DNA of 39,948 nucleotides from a virus: UHGV virus genome UHGV-0205111; one strand, 5' to 3'. Made by a program: the position numbers and the translations under genes. This document shows positions 14,855-24,247 of the stretch, piece by piece (position 1 is the stretch's first letter; each line of letters opens with the position of its first letter). The notes under the pieces are model-generated. The model saw nothing but the letters and a program-made list of their open reading frames with translations, was not told the origin of the DNA and made no database searches.

Positions 14855-16265
14855 AATCATCGAATGCCTGGGCAAATGTACGAATGATCCGGAAACATTC
14901 GTGTGGTTTGCGTTTGACTGGGATAACAATCCGGAACTACAAGGAAAGCAGCCGCAGGAATGGCAGCTAAAACAGTTGCGGAAAATTAGCAACGGCCTAA
15001 AAACACCGGACGAGGTCATTCGCCAGGCTGTATCATCAGGACATGGAATTGGCAAGTCGGCACTTGTATCTTGGATTATTTTATGGGCTATTTCTACGTA
15101 TCCGGATACGCGCGGCGTCGTCACGGCAAACACGGAAGCTCAGTTGCGGACGAAAACGTGGCCGGAACTGGCTAAATGGTATCATCGATTTATTGCTAAA
15201 GACCTGTTTTGCATGACGGCGACGTCGATATTCTCGATAGAACAGGGGCATGAACGCACGTGGCGTATAGATGCTATCCCGTGGAGCGATACCAATACCG
15301 AAGCATTCGCCGGATTGCACAACCAAGGCAGTAGAATCTTACTGATTTTTGACGAAGCGTCGGCGATTAATGACAGAATATGGGAAGTAGCCGAAGGAGC
15401 ATTGACCGACCGGGAAACGCAAATTATTTGGTGCGCATATGGCAACCCAACGAGAAACACAGGCAGGTTTTATCAATGCTTCCACAAAGACCGCGCCTAT
15501 TGGAATACAGTTAAAATAGATTCGCGTACGGTGGCTATCACGAACAAAAAACAATTAACCCAATGGGCCAACCAGTACGGCGAAGATTCGGACTTTTTCA
15601 AGGTGCGTGTGCGTGGCGAATTTCCGGCAACGTCAGAAAACCAGTTTATATCAACAGCACTCGTGGATGCGGCACAACAACGCACTATCAGACCGTCGCA
15701 ATACACGTTTGCACCAGCGATTATCGGCGTAGATATGGCGTGGAGCGGCGGTGATGCGACAGTTATCTATTTGCGTCAGGGTTTATACAGCAAGAAGCTG
15801 GGAAGCTATGAAAAGAATGACAATGACGGTGTAATGGCGGCAAAACTGGCGGCTTTTGAAGATCAGTATAATGCTGACGCTGTATTCATTGACCAAGGAT
15901 ACGGCACCGGCATTTACAGCTTTGGCTTGACGATGGGGCGTAAATGGCGGCTTGTATCTTTTGCGGCAAAGCCAGGAAAAACAGGCTACGCAAATAAACG
16001 CGCCGAAATGTGGGGCGATATGCGCGAATGGCTTAAAGACGGCGGCGTACTAGAAGACGGCGAAGTAATACATGATGACCTGGTAGGCCCGGAAGCTATG
16101 ATAAATAGCAAAGGCGAAATCCTGCTTGAGAAAAAAGAAGACATGAAACGGCGTGGCCTGCCGTCACCGAATGAAGCGGATGCACTGGCATTGACATTTG
16201 CGTATCCGGTCGTACGTAAAAGCAGCATAAAAGACAAAGCGAATACATCGTATAAATTATTTTGA
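14832..16265 (+). CDS. terL: Terminase large subunit
   Basis: Walker A SSGHGIGKS, Walker B LLIFDEAS, GNPTRNTG, nuclease GVDMA...SPNEADALALT. Confidence 0.96.
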   Translation: MTEKEAFEIIECLGKCTNDPETFVWFAFDWDNNPELQGKQPQEWQLKQLRKISNGLKTPDEVIRQAVSSGHGIGKSALVSWIILWAISTYPDTRGVVTANTEAQLRTKTWPELAKWYHRFIAKDLFCMTATSIFSIEQGHERTWRIDAIPWSDTNTEAFAGLHNQGSRILLIFDEASAINDRIWEVAEGALTDRETQIIWCAYGNPTRNTGRFYQCFHKDRAYWNTVKIDSRTVAITNKKQLTQWANQYGEDSDFFKVRVRGEFPATSENQFISTALVDAAQQRTIRPSQYTFAPAIIGVDMAWSGGDATVIYLRQGLYSKKLGSYEKNDNDGVMAAKLAAFEDQYNADAVFIDQGYGTGIYSFGLTMGRKWRLVSFAAKPGKTGYANKRAEMWGDMREWLKDGGVLEDGEVIHDDLVGPEAMINSKGEILLEKKEDMKRRGLPSPNEADALALTFAYPVVRKSSIKDKANTSYKLF

Positions 16266-16279
16266 GGAGTGATAAAAGG

Positions 16280-16549
16280 ATGTGTGGAGCAGTAGGGAAA
16301 GTAATCAATAAAGTAACAGGCGGCTTGCTGGGTGGCGGCAGTCAAGATGTATCTGTACCTAAAACGGAACCGGTCACGACACAGCAAGACGTAACCGATA
16401 GTGGAAATTTAACAGGCGATGAAGAAGCAACAAAGAAAGCAAAACGCAAACGTGGTTTTAGCTCAACGCAGCTACGGGATTGGCGGTCAAATATGAATAC
16501 GGCGCTTGGAAGCGGCAACAGTGACGGCGGCAAAAGTACGCTGGGATAG
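16280..16549 (+). CDS. Small virion-associated protein preceding the portal
   Basis: MCG N-terminus, KRGFSST and terminal KSTLG typical of pre-portal genes in this phage group. Confidence 0.65.
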   Translation: MCGAVGKVINKVTGGLLGGGSQDVSVPKTEPVTTQQDVTDSGNLTGDEEATKKAKRKRGFSSTQLRDWRSNMNTALGSGNSDGGKSTLG

Positions 16550-16557
16550 GAGAAGCT

Positions 16558-18297
16558 ATGAGAAAAGAAGTAAAAACAGCACTGGCAAGAAGCCCAACTA
16601 AGACAATTAACACGAGGCAAAACACGTACCAGGGAAAACACGGCTTAGAGATGCGGCTGGATGCACTGTACCGGGAACGGTTGCGTTGGGAAAATATCTG
16701 GAAAGAAATCCGGGACTACGAATTACCGTATGATGGACAGTTTAGTGATGACCAACCGGGCAAACCGAATCTACATGACGACAAAGTATACAGCAATATC
16801 ATAGCGCAGTGTCGAGATATATTTGCGGCCGGTATTATGAGTGGATTAACGCCGCCGTCTCGAAAATGGTTCAGGTATACACTGGCAGATGCAACGCTCA
16901 ACGATAACATGAACGTAAAACGCGTACTTGATCAACGGTGCGATATTACAGAGTATGTGCTGGGACGCAGCAACTTTTATAACGCTGTCCATGTTGTATA
17001 CCGCGAATTGCCATTTGGACAATCGCCCATGGGAATATTTTCGCAAGACAACGGTATTACCTTTGTACCGTACCCTATCGGTACGTATGCTTTGGGGACA
17101 AATCATAAAGGCGAAGTAAATACCTTTGCCCGCAAGGTAAAAATGACGGCAGCACAAATTATATCACAATTCGGTATAGAGAACTGCCCGCAGCACATCA
17201 GAGAAAACTATGTACGCAATGGCGGCTATACAGAATGGTATACCGTATGCTGGCTGGTAGAGCCGAATAAAGACTGCAACCCGGAAGAACTAGGAAACCG
17301 AAAAATGGCGTATACGTCGGCGTATTGGGTGGACGGCAGCAGTCAAGACGAAATGCTGGCAGTATCGGGCTTTGAAGAATGGCCCGTGCCGGTAGCACGT
17401 TACAACGTCAAAGGGTTGGAATCCTACGCAACTGCACCCGCTTGGGATGCGCTGCCGGAAGCCAAGATGCTGCAGAAAATGGAATATGACAGCGCCGTAG
17501 CTGTAGAGCTGGGAATCAAACCGCCGATGCAGGGGCCATCAAACATTGCACGAAATATCAATCTATTCCCAGGCGGTTATACGCCGAATGACAACCCAAA
17601 CGAACTAATACAGCCGATTTTTCACGGACAGCTGGATATAGGCTCACTGGATAATAAAATCATGCGTATAGAAGACCGTATAAAGCGTATCTATTCGACG
17701 GATTTATTCTTGATGCTGGATCAGCTCGACCGCGGGCAAATGACAGCCCAAGAGGTAATTGCGCGCAATCAAGAAAAGCTGCAGCAAATTGGGCCGGTTG
17801 TCGAACGATTACAGAGTGAATTTCTAAATCACGTCATCGAACGCATTTATAATATTCTAGACAGGAATCAGGTATTCCCACAGCTGCCGGATGATGTAGC
17901 AGAGCTGATGAACGGGCAGGAAATCAAGATAGAGTACTTGTCACCGCTGGCACAGGCACAGAAAATGAGCGGCTTGACGGCCATAGAACAGGGGATAGCG
18001 TTTGTTGGCCAAGTGGCACAGCTCGATCCCAATGTGCTGCAGCGTGTCGATTTATCAGATGCCGTAGCGAAATATTTGGACCGTGTAGGCGTACCGGCTA
18101 CGATGGTACGCAGCGAAGATGAATACAAAGAAATTATGCAACAACAAGCAGAACAACAGCAGGCAGAACAGCAACAGGTAATGGAAGCCCAGCAGATGCA
18201 ACAAGCAGCACCACTGGCGCAAGCAGCTAAAAATCTGACAGATGCTGCTAATGACGGCAACCCGGCATTACAGCAAATAATGGGGATGAATACATGA
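16558..18297 (+). CDS. Portal / head-to-tail connector (T7 gp8 / BPP-1 type)
   Basis: AAGIMSGLTPPSRKWF, MTAQEVIARNQEKLQQIGPVVERL, IEYLSPLAQAQK. Confidence 0.93.
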   Translation: MRKEVKTALARSPTKTINTRQNTYQGKHGLEMRLDALYRERLRWENIWKEIRDYELPYDGQFSDDQPGKPNLHDDKVYSNIIAQCRDIFAAGIMSGLTPPSRKWFRYTLADATLNDNMNVKRVLDQRCDITEYVLGRSNFYNAVHVVYRELPFGQSPMGIFSQDNGITFVPYPIGTYALGTNHKGEVNTFARKVKMTAAQIISQFGIENCPQHIRENYVRNGGYTEWYTVCWLVEPNKDCNPEELGNRKMAYTSAYWVDGSSQDEMLAVSGFEEWPVPVARYNVKGLESYATAPAWDALPEAKMLQKMEYDSAVAVELGIKPPMQGPSNIARNINLFPGGYTPNDNPNELIQPIFHGQLDIGSLDNKIMRIEDRIKRIYSTDLFLMLDQLDRGQMTAQEVIARNQEKLQQIGPVVERLQSEFLNHVIERIYNILDRNQVFPQLPDDVAELMNGQEIKIEYLSPLAQAQKMSGLTAIEQGIAFVGQVAQLDPNVLQRVDLSDAVAKYLDRVGVPATMVRSEDEYKEIMQQQAEQQQAEQQQVMEAQQMQQAAPLAQAAKNLTDAANDGNPALQQIMGMNT

Positions 18298-18611
18298 TGA
18301 ACTGGTACGAAGAAGAAATGAAACGCCGTGATGATGAATCCTTGCGCTATGTCATGGCAGATAAAAAAGGACGCTGGTTTATGATGCGGCTGCTGGATGC
18401 GGCACGTATCAATGAACCGACCTTTGCTAAATCCGCATTATTTAGCGCATATAACGAAGGACGCCGGGCAGTAGGTATCGAGTATGTTAAAAAATTGACA
18501 CAGGACACGGCGCATATCGAACTGAAACAGCTGGCAGAAAAAGAATACACAGAAATAAAAGAAAGACTAATCGAAGAAGAAAGGAGCATGCACTATGGAA
18601 AACACATTTGA
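18294..18611 (+). CDS. Bbp19-like protein
   Basis: GRWFMMRLL...AYNEGRRAVG; position after the portal. Confidence 0.75.
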   Translation: MMNWYEEEMKRRDDESLRYVMADKKGRWFMMRLLDAARINEPTFAKSALFSAYNEGRRAVGIEYVKKLTQDTAHIELKQLAEKEYTEIKERLIEEERSMHYGKHI

Positions 18612-19275
18612 TGTAAACCTGCAGTTGTTTGCTGATGGCGGCGACGCAGGAGGTACTCCGCCAGAAGGCGGTACAGAAACGCAGGATACAGGAGGTACTC
18701 CACCGGAAGGCGGCACACCAGCCCATCCGGATACAGGGGAAAGTTTATTAGGAGGCGGAGAAAATAAAAACGATACACAACCCAATGCGACGCCGGAATC
18801 GTACGATTTTAGCGGGGCTTTGACGGATGTATTTGGTGAAGGCTCCGAGCTGGATGAAACCGTTTCCGGTAAATTCTCGGAACTACTGCAAGGTGTACAT
18901 GCGAATCAGGAACAGGCTGCAGCTTTGGCAAAGTTCGGTTTAGAATTTGGCCGTGATATTGGCCAGTCCGTTGCCAAACAAATCCAAGAAGGATATGTAG
19001 AGGAGGTGCGCGGCTGGGGTGAAGCGGCTAAACAAGAATTGGGCGGCGACTATGAAAGCACATTGGCAAAAGGCGTGCAGGCTGTCAATTATATTGAAAC
19101 TAAAGTACCAGGCTTTACAAAAATGCTGAATATTACCGGCGCAGGAAATCACGTCGCTATGATTAAAGCTTTATCGCTGCTAAATGGCGTATTGGGAGAA
19201 GATACCGGACATAATGGCAGCAGCGGCACACCGGGCGGCGGCATATATGATAACACTGATTGGGCAAAATATTAG
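18595..19275 (+). CDS. Capsid scaffolding protein
   Basis: Acidic Gly/Pro-rich N-terminus with NLQLFA motif, PESYDF, TGAGNH; precedes the capsid gene. Confidence 0.75.
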   Translation: MENTFDVNLQLFADGGDAGGTPPEGGTETQDTGGTPPEGGTPAHPDTGESLLGGGENKNDTQPNATPESYDFSGALTDVFGEGSELDETVSGKFSELLQGVHANQEQAAALAKFGLEFGRDIGQSVAKQIQEGYVEEVRGWGEAAKQELGGDYESTLAKGVQAVNYIETKVPGFTKMLNITGAGNHVAMIKALSLLNGVLGEDTGHNGSSGTPGGGIYDNTDWAKY

Positions 19276-19298
19276 TCAAATAGTAGGAGGAAATGAAC

Positions 19299-20306
19299 AT
19301 GGCAACAGTAGGAACAACAGCACTAACATTTACAGACTTACGAAAACGGATGGCACCGGATAATAAAATTGATTGGATTATGGAAATTATGGCACAGTCC
19401 AACCCGATTATGCAGCATATTCCGTGGAAAGAAGGGAACCTGCCGACAGGCAACCAGACAACGCTGCGTACATCATACCCACATCCACAGCTGAGACGAA
19501 TTAACCGCGGCGTTAAGCCAGGCAAATCGACGACACGACAGATTGTCGATACATGCTGCATTATGGAAGCCTATTCCATGGTAGACCGCCGTTTGGCACA
19601 GTTGGCACCCAGTCCGGAAGCCTTCCGGCGCTCCGAGGATTCGGCGTTTGTCGAAGGTTTTACACAAGACTTAGCTAAGTACATGTTTTACGGCGATACT
19701 GACACCAACCCGGATCAGTTTAACGGCTTTGGCGTGCGGTACGATACATTCACCGGGGAAAAAGGGACATTTGGCTATCAAACCATCAATGCCGGTGGCA
19801 CGACAGAAAATAAACAGACCTCTATCTATATCGTAGACTGGGGCGACAATGCCGTTACGGGCATTTATCCCAAAGGTTCTAAAGCAGGATTGCAAATGGA
19901 AGACAAAGGAGAGCAGATTGTAGACGACGCAGAAGGCGGCAAGTATCCGGCTCTGATGACATGGTTTGCTTGGGATGCGGGACTGGCTGTACAAAACCTG
20001 CGGAAAGTAGCGGCGCTGCGAAATGTAGAATGGAGTAAAGCCGTTACGGCACAAACAGCAGCGGAACGAAAAGCCATTGTGGATAAATTCATTGTAGCTA
20101 AAAACCGTATTACCAATCCAAAACGGCCTATTGCGTATGTAGCGGATGATATTTATACCATGCTTGAATTACATTTGAATGATAAAAACAACGTCTATGT
20201 TACGCGGCAGGAACTCATGAACGAAATGCCAAAGATTTATATTTCTGGCATTGAAATTTCCAAGTGTGACGCACTGAAAACGACAGAAGCAGTTATTTCT
20301 GAATAG
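19299..20306 (+). CDS. Major capsid protein (BPP-1 Bbp17-like)
   Basis: EGNLPTGNQTT.RT, FRRSEDSAFVEG, FYGD....P..FNG; RBS AGGAGG favours ATG 19299. Confidence 0.9.
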   Translation: MATVGTTALTFTDLRKRMAPDNKIDWIMEIMAQSNPIMQHIPWKEGNLPTGNQTTLRTSYPHPQLRRINRGVKPGKSTTRQIVDTCCIMEAYSMVDRRLAQLAPSPEAFRRSEDSAFVEGFTQDLAKYMFYGDTDTNPDQFNGFGVRYDTFTGEKGTFGYQTINAGGTTENKQTSIYIVDWGDNAVTGIYPKGSKAGLQMEDKGEQIVDDAEGGKYPALMTWFAWDAGLAVQNLRKVAALRNVEWSKAVTAQTAAERKAIVDKFIVAKNRITNPKRPIAYVADDIYTMLELHLNDKNNVYVTRQELMNEMPKIYISGIEISKCDALKTTEAVISE

Positions 20307-20317
20307 GAGGGAACACC

Positions 20318-20671
20318 ATGATTTATGATGCAGAGAATACGTTTTTTTGGCATAAAGCACTCAAATCAACAACAACGGCGTCTAGTGATGTTGTGAAAAC
20401 CGGTACAGGGGATGCGGCGTGCCCACTGGATTTATATATCCAGGTTACCGGTGCCAGTGGCGGTATGACGGTAAAATTGGAAACATCTAAAACGGAAGGC
20501 ATGGACAGCCCAGTTACGCTAGGAACGTATACTGTAGCAAAAGATGGAGTAGTAAAAGCCAAACTGCCATATGGGGATTTAGGCTATTTGCGATTGAGCT
20601 ATACCGGCGATGCGGCCCTTACGTCCGGTGAAATCTCGGCAGCTCTTGTGATGGATGTAGATTTACAGTGA
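20318..20671 (+). CDS. Capsid cement protein (Bbp16-like)
   Basis: MIYDAENTF...YLRLSY...GEISAALVMD; follows the capsid gene. Confidence 0.75.
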   Translation: MIYDAENTFFWHKALKSTTTASSDVVKTGTGDAACPLDLYIQVTGASGGMTVKLETSKTEGMDSPVTLGTYTVAKDGVVKAKLPYGDLGYLRLSYTGDAALTSGEISAALVMDVDLQ

Positions 20672-20829
20672 TGCAGGCTATCTCGTTTAAAGATGCCGGG
20701 CCGAAACGACGATATGAAGATTTAAGCGCGAATGAATTGCGGATGAAATTAGAACTTGCTGGCATACCATATTGCAACGACGCAAGTAAAATCGAATTAG
20801 TGGCACTCGTGCGTAAACATAAACTGTAG
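20668..20829 (+). CDS. 53-aa HeH/SAP-like small protein
   Basis: GTGA overlap; YEDLSANELRMKLELAGIPYCNDASKIELVALV pattern; absent from the ORF track. Confidence 0.6.
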   Translation: MMQAISFKDAGPKRRYEDLSANELRMKLELAGIPYCNDASKIELVALVRKHKL

Positions 20830-20858
20830 GGGGAGCGAGTGCTCTCCCTACTTTTTTT
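20826..20858 (+). terminator. Terminator after the capsid genes
   Basis: GTAGGGGGAGC-GAGT-GCTCTCCCTAC followed by T7. Confidence 0.75.
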
Positions 20859-20871
20859 AGGAGGTGAGCAT

Positions 20872-21474
20872 ATGACAGACACGGATGTATGCAACATGGC
20901 ACTATCCTATATTGGGAAAGGTGTTATTTCAAATATGGAAGAAGAACAGGAAAATGCTAGGGCATGTAAGTTGTATTACGAAACGACAAGAAGACAAATT
21001 TTGCGGGAATGTATTTGGGGCTTTGCCCATCGTATAGAACGATTGGCCAAAATGGATATAGACATACCCGGCTGGGAATACGTGTATGGTTATCCGGCGG
21101 AATGCCTTAAAATCAATAAGCTGACCGAAGAGGTGCCGGACTATCAAACACGGCAGTACTGGGATATATATAACGTAGGCAGCAGTACGAAAGTAGTAGC
21201 GGCACATTTAGAAAACGCATATATAGATTATACGTGGGACGTAAAAGACCCGAATTTATGGGATGATATTTTTGTACAAGCATTTGCTCATTTGCTGGCG
21301 TCAAGGCTGGCACAGCGGCTTGTAGGGAATCCACAGCTGGTACAACAGGAGTATCAATTTTACCAAGCAACGATTATGACAGCCAAGACACAAGACGCAC
21401 GGGAGGAAGAACCACGTGTTGACTTTAGAAGCAGTTATATTGAAGCCAGGAAAGGAGGTTTTATAAATGGCTAA
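20872..21474 (+). CDS. Tail tubular protein A / adaptor (gp11-like)
   Basis: TDVCNMALSYIG...WGFA...W.YVYGYPAECL; RBS AGGAGG at ATG 20872. Confidence 0.8.
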   Translation: MTDTDVCNMALSYIGKGVISNMEEEQENARACKLYYETTRRQILRECIWGFAHRIERLAKMDIDIPGWEYVYGYPAECLKINKLTEEVPDYQTRQYWDIYNVGSSTKVVAAHLENAYIDYTWDVKDPNLWDDIFVQAFAHLLASRLAQRLVGNPQLVQQEYQFYQATIMTAKTQDAREEEPRVDFRSSYIEARKGGFING

Positions 21475-23755
21475 TATCTACATGCTGCAGGCAGCGTTTA
21501 CGACGGGCGAAATATCACCGGCCGTCGGAAACCGCGTTGATTTAGACAAATACAAGTCGGCCCTGCTAAATGCGGAAAACACAGTTATTCGACCGTATGG
21601 CGGCTGTTATAGACGGCAGGGGAGCAAGTATATAGGCGAATTGAAATACAGCGATAAAGACGCCGTATTGGTGAATTTCTATGATACAGAAAATTCAGCG
21701 TATTTATTGGAAGTAGGCGTGCAGTATATACGAATATGGAAAGATGGCGTATATACAGGTACTGAACTGGCAACGCCGTACCAGTATCCTAAACAATTGC
21801 AGTTTACCCAATCGGCGGATGTGATGTTTATATGCTCCGGTATTTATCCTGTAAAACAGTTGCGGCACTTGCAAAACGGGTGGGATGTTATTGACTTTGC
21901 AATTGATGACCAGTACTATGACTTGCTATTGGAAAAAAACTCGTCAGAAAATAAAATCAGAACATCCGGCACCAGTGGGAATATTACTATCACGTCCAAT
22001 CAAGCTATTTTTCAATCCGGGATGGAAGGCGGCTATTTAAAAATATCGCATGATATGCCGTCACAAACGGAAAGCTGGGAATGCAAAGGCGATACGAACG
22101 GCTCAACGACCAGCGCAAGCATTTTTGTTGGTGAAAAGTGGAAATTTGTTACACATGGAACCCATCATTACAAAGTAGTTATACAGAAATCAAAAGACAA
22201 TGTGACGTGGCACGACTTCCGGACATATACATCAAACGACGATACCAATTACACGGAATCAGGAGCAGAAACGGAACCATGCTATATGCGATTTGTGGCA
22301 CAGGCGTGGAATGATGATGAAGCAAGTAAGAGTCACGTAACCGTTGATCTAACACGATTATCTTATGTACATACAGGGTGTGTAAAAATAACCGGCATTA
22401 CATCGGCGACAGTAGCAAGCGGAACCGTGGTAGCCGGGGCGACAATCGGAAAACACGGTATTGGAAGCACAGAAAGTACGGCAGATTATGCGTTTTCCAG
22501 TTGGTCAAACTATTTCGGCTACCCGACACAATCATGCTTTTTTCAAGACAGATTATGCTTTGCGGCAACAGCTAGACAGCCGTACTCTATCTGGATGAGC
22601 CGTACGGGAGATTACGGTAATTTCAGCGTGGAAAAAGTAGATGGTACATTAACGGATGACAGCGCCGTCAAGTTAGATTTAATCGTCCGCAATGCATATC
22701 AGATACGGCATATGATACCGTCTAATGATTTAGTGATTCTCACAAGCGGCAATGAATGGGTAATCAGCGGCGATAGTGCCATTACACCAAGTAAAGTTTT
22801 CCCGAAAGCACAGACCATGCGCGGCTCGTCAACGTGCCTGCCGCAGCATATCGGCAACCGTATCATTCACGTGCAGCGGTCTGGATCGACGGTGCGTGAT
22901 TTGGGATACCAGTACGAATCAGACAACTACAACGGCGATGAATTAGACATATTAGCAACACATCTAGTAAAAGATCATCGGCTCATATCATCGGCATATT
23001 GCCAAGAACCGGATTCGACGCTATTTTTTGTGCGAGATGACGGCGTGCTGCTGGCATTCACGATTATTCGCGAACAGCAGGTATTCGCTTGGTCCCGTTT
23101 TATAACCGATGGGAAATATAAGTGGATATGCACGATACCGGCAGATGAAAACGACGAACTGTACGCTATTGTAGAACGTACAATAAACGGTACGCAAAAA
23201 CGCTACATTGAACGGTTTAAAGCCATGCATGACGATACAGACGAATATGTAGACAGCTACGCAACGGGAAGCGGTAATAGCATTTCGCTGCCGCACCTAG
23301 CGGGAAAAACAATAGCAGTTGTTGGCGATGGCATACAGCAGCGTAACGAAATAGTGCCGGGAAACGGCGTTGTACAACTGCAGGAAACATATAAGAAAAT
23401 TATAGCCGGATTGCCGTATATGACCAAAATAGAACAGCCGGGCGCAGAAATCAGTTTGCAGGAAGGAACGCTGCAGGCGCGAGTAAATAAAATCAATGCC
23501 GTAACGTTACGCGTAGAAAATACGTACGGTGGCCGTATTGGGTTGAACTTTAAAAGGATGGATGAATTGAAATATGACGATGAATATAAACTATTTACCG
23601 GGGATATTGTGCAAAGTGTGCCGCTGTATGACGTCGGCGCAAATACACGCAATCATTTATGTATTATGAGTGATGAACCATATCCTTTTCAATTAAACGC
23701 AATTATCAAGGAGGTATCTGTAGATGGCGGTATGGTCAAGAGCTATACGGGTTAA
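21467..23755 (+). CDS. Tail tubular protein B / nozzle (gp12-like)
   Basis: AFTTGEISP, GGCYRRQG, YPTQSCFFQDRLCFA, WMSRTGDYGNF. Confidence 0.88.
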   Translation: MANIYMLQAAFTTGEISPAVGNRVDLDKYKSALLNAENTVIRPYGGCYRRQGSKYIGELKYSDKDAVLVNFYDTENSAYLLEVGVQYIRIWKDGVYTGTELATPYQYPKQLQFTQSADVMFICSGIYPVKQLRHLQNGWDVIDFAIDDQYYDLLLEKNSSENKIRTSGTSGNITITSNQAIFQSGMEGGYLKISHDMPSQTESWECKGDTNGSTTSASIFVGEKWKFVTHGTHHYKVVIQKSKDNVTWHDFRTYTSNDDTNYTESGAETEPCYMRFVAQAWNDDEASKSHVTVDLTRLSYVHTGCVKITGITSATVASGTVVAGATIGKHGIGSTESTADYAFSSWSNYFGYPTQSCFFQDRLCFAATARQPYSIWMSRTGDYGNFSVEKVDGTLTDDSAVKLDLIVRNAYQIRHMIPSNDLVILTSGNEWVISGDSAITPSKVFPKAQTMRGSSTCLPQHIGNRIIHVQRSGSTVRDLGYQYESDNYNGDELDILATHLVKDHRLISSAYCQEPDSTLFFVRDDGVLLAFTIIREQQVFAWSRFITDGKYKWICTIPADENDELYAIVERTINGTQKRYIERFKAMHDDTDEYVDSYATGSGNSISLPHLAGKTIAVVGDGIQQRNEIVPGNGVVQLQETYKKIIAGLPYMTKIEQPGAEISLQEGTLQARVNKINAVTLRVENTYGGRIGLNFKRMDELKYDDEYKLFTGDIVQSVPLYDVGANTRNHLCIMSDEPYPFQLNAIIKEVSVDGGMVKSYTG

Positions 23756-24188
23756 ACAAATCACAAAAAATGAATGGCAGGATGTGCGATGGCTGCTAAA
23801 CCATTTACGGCAAACAGATAACATGGAGCTGTCACTCACAGAAACCGACGTAGAAAAAGATTTATTCAACGATGAGTTTTGCAATTACATAGCCTACTTG
23901 GGAGATAGACCGCTTTTTATCGGCGGCATATCGAGAAAAACATATACCGGCTATGGGCACATGATATGGGCCGTATGCCGGTACGATACGTATGATAAAT
24001 ACAAACGGGAATGGGTGCGCGTCAGTAATGCACTGATGGCAAACTGGAAACATCAGTACGGCCAGCTATGGAACATGATATTAGAACGCAACGATGTGTC
24101 CAAACGCTGGTTGAAACGAATGGGTGCGACATTTTCTGATCCATTTATATACAACGGCGCAAACTGGCAGTTATTTAGAATTGGTTAA
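23724..24188 (+). CDS. GNAT-like / T7 gp13-like protein
   Basis: LRQTDNMEL...N.VSKRWLKRMGATF; position after the nozzle. Confidence 0.7.
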   Translation: MAVWSRAIRVKQITKNEWQDVRWLLNHLRQTDNMELSLTETDVEKDLFNDEFCNYIAYLGDRPLFIGGISRKTYTGYGHMIWAVCRYDTYDKYKREWVRVSNALMANWKHQYGQLWNMILERNDVSKRWLKRMGATFSDPFIYNGANWQLFRIG

Positions 24189-24198
24189 AATTATTTAA

Positions 24199-24228
24199 GT
24201 CGCATCGTGTGGGTGCGAGGATTGAAAT
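24199..24228 (+). CRISPR. Solitary type I-C CRISPR-like repeat (no array, no cas genes)
   Basis: GTCGCATCGTGTGGGTGCGAGGATTGAAAT has the I-C 5' GTCGC, TCGCA/TGCGA stem and 3' GGATTGAAAT; single copy in a 59-bp intergenic gap. Confidence 0.65.
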
Positions 24229-24247
24229 AGAATTGAGGTGAATCATA

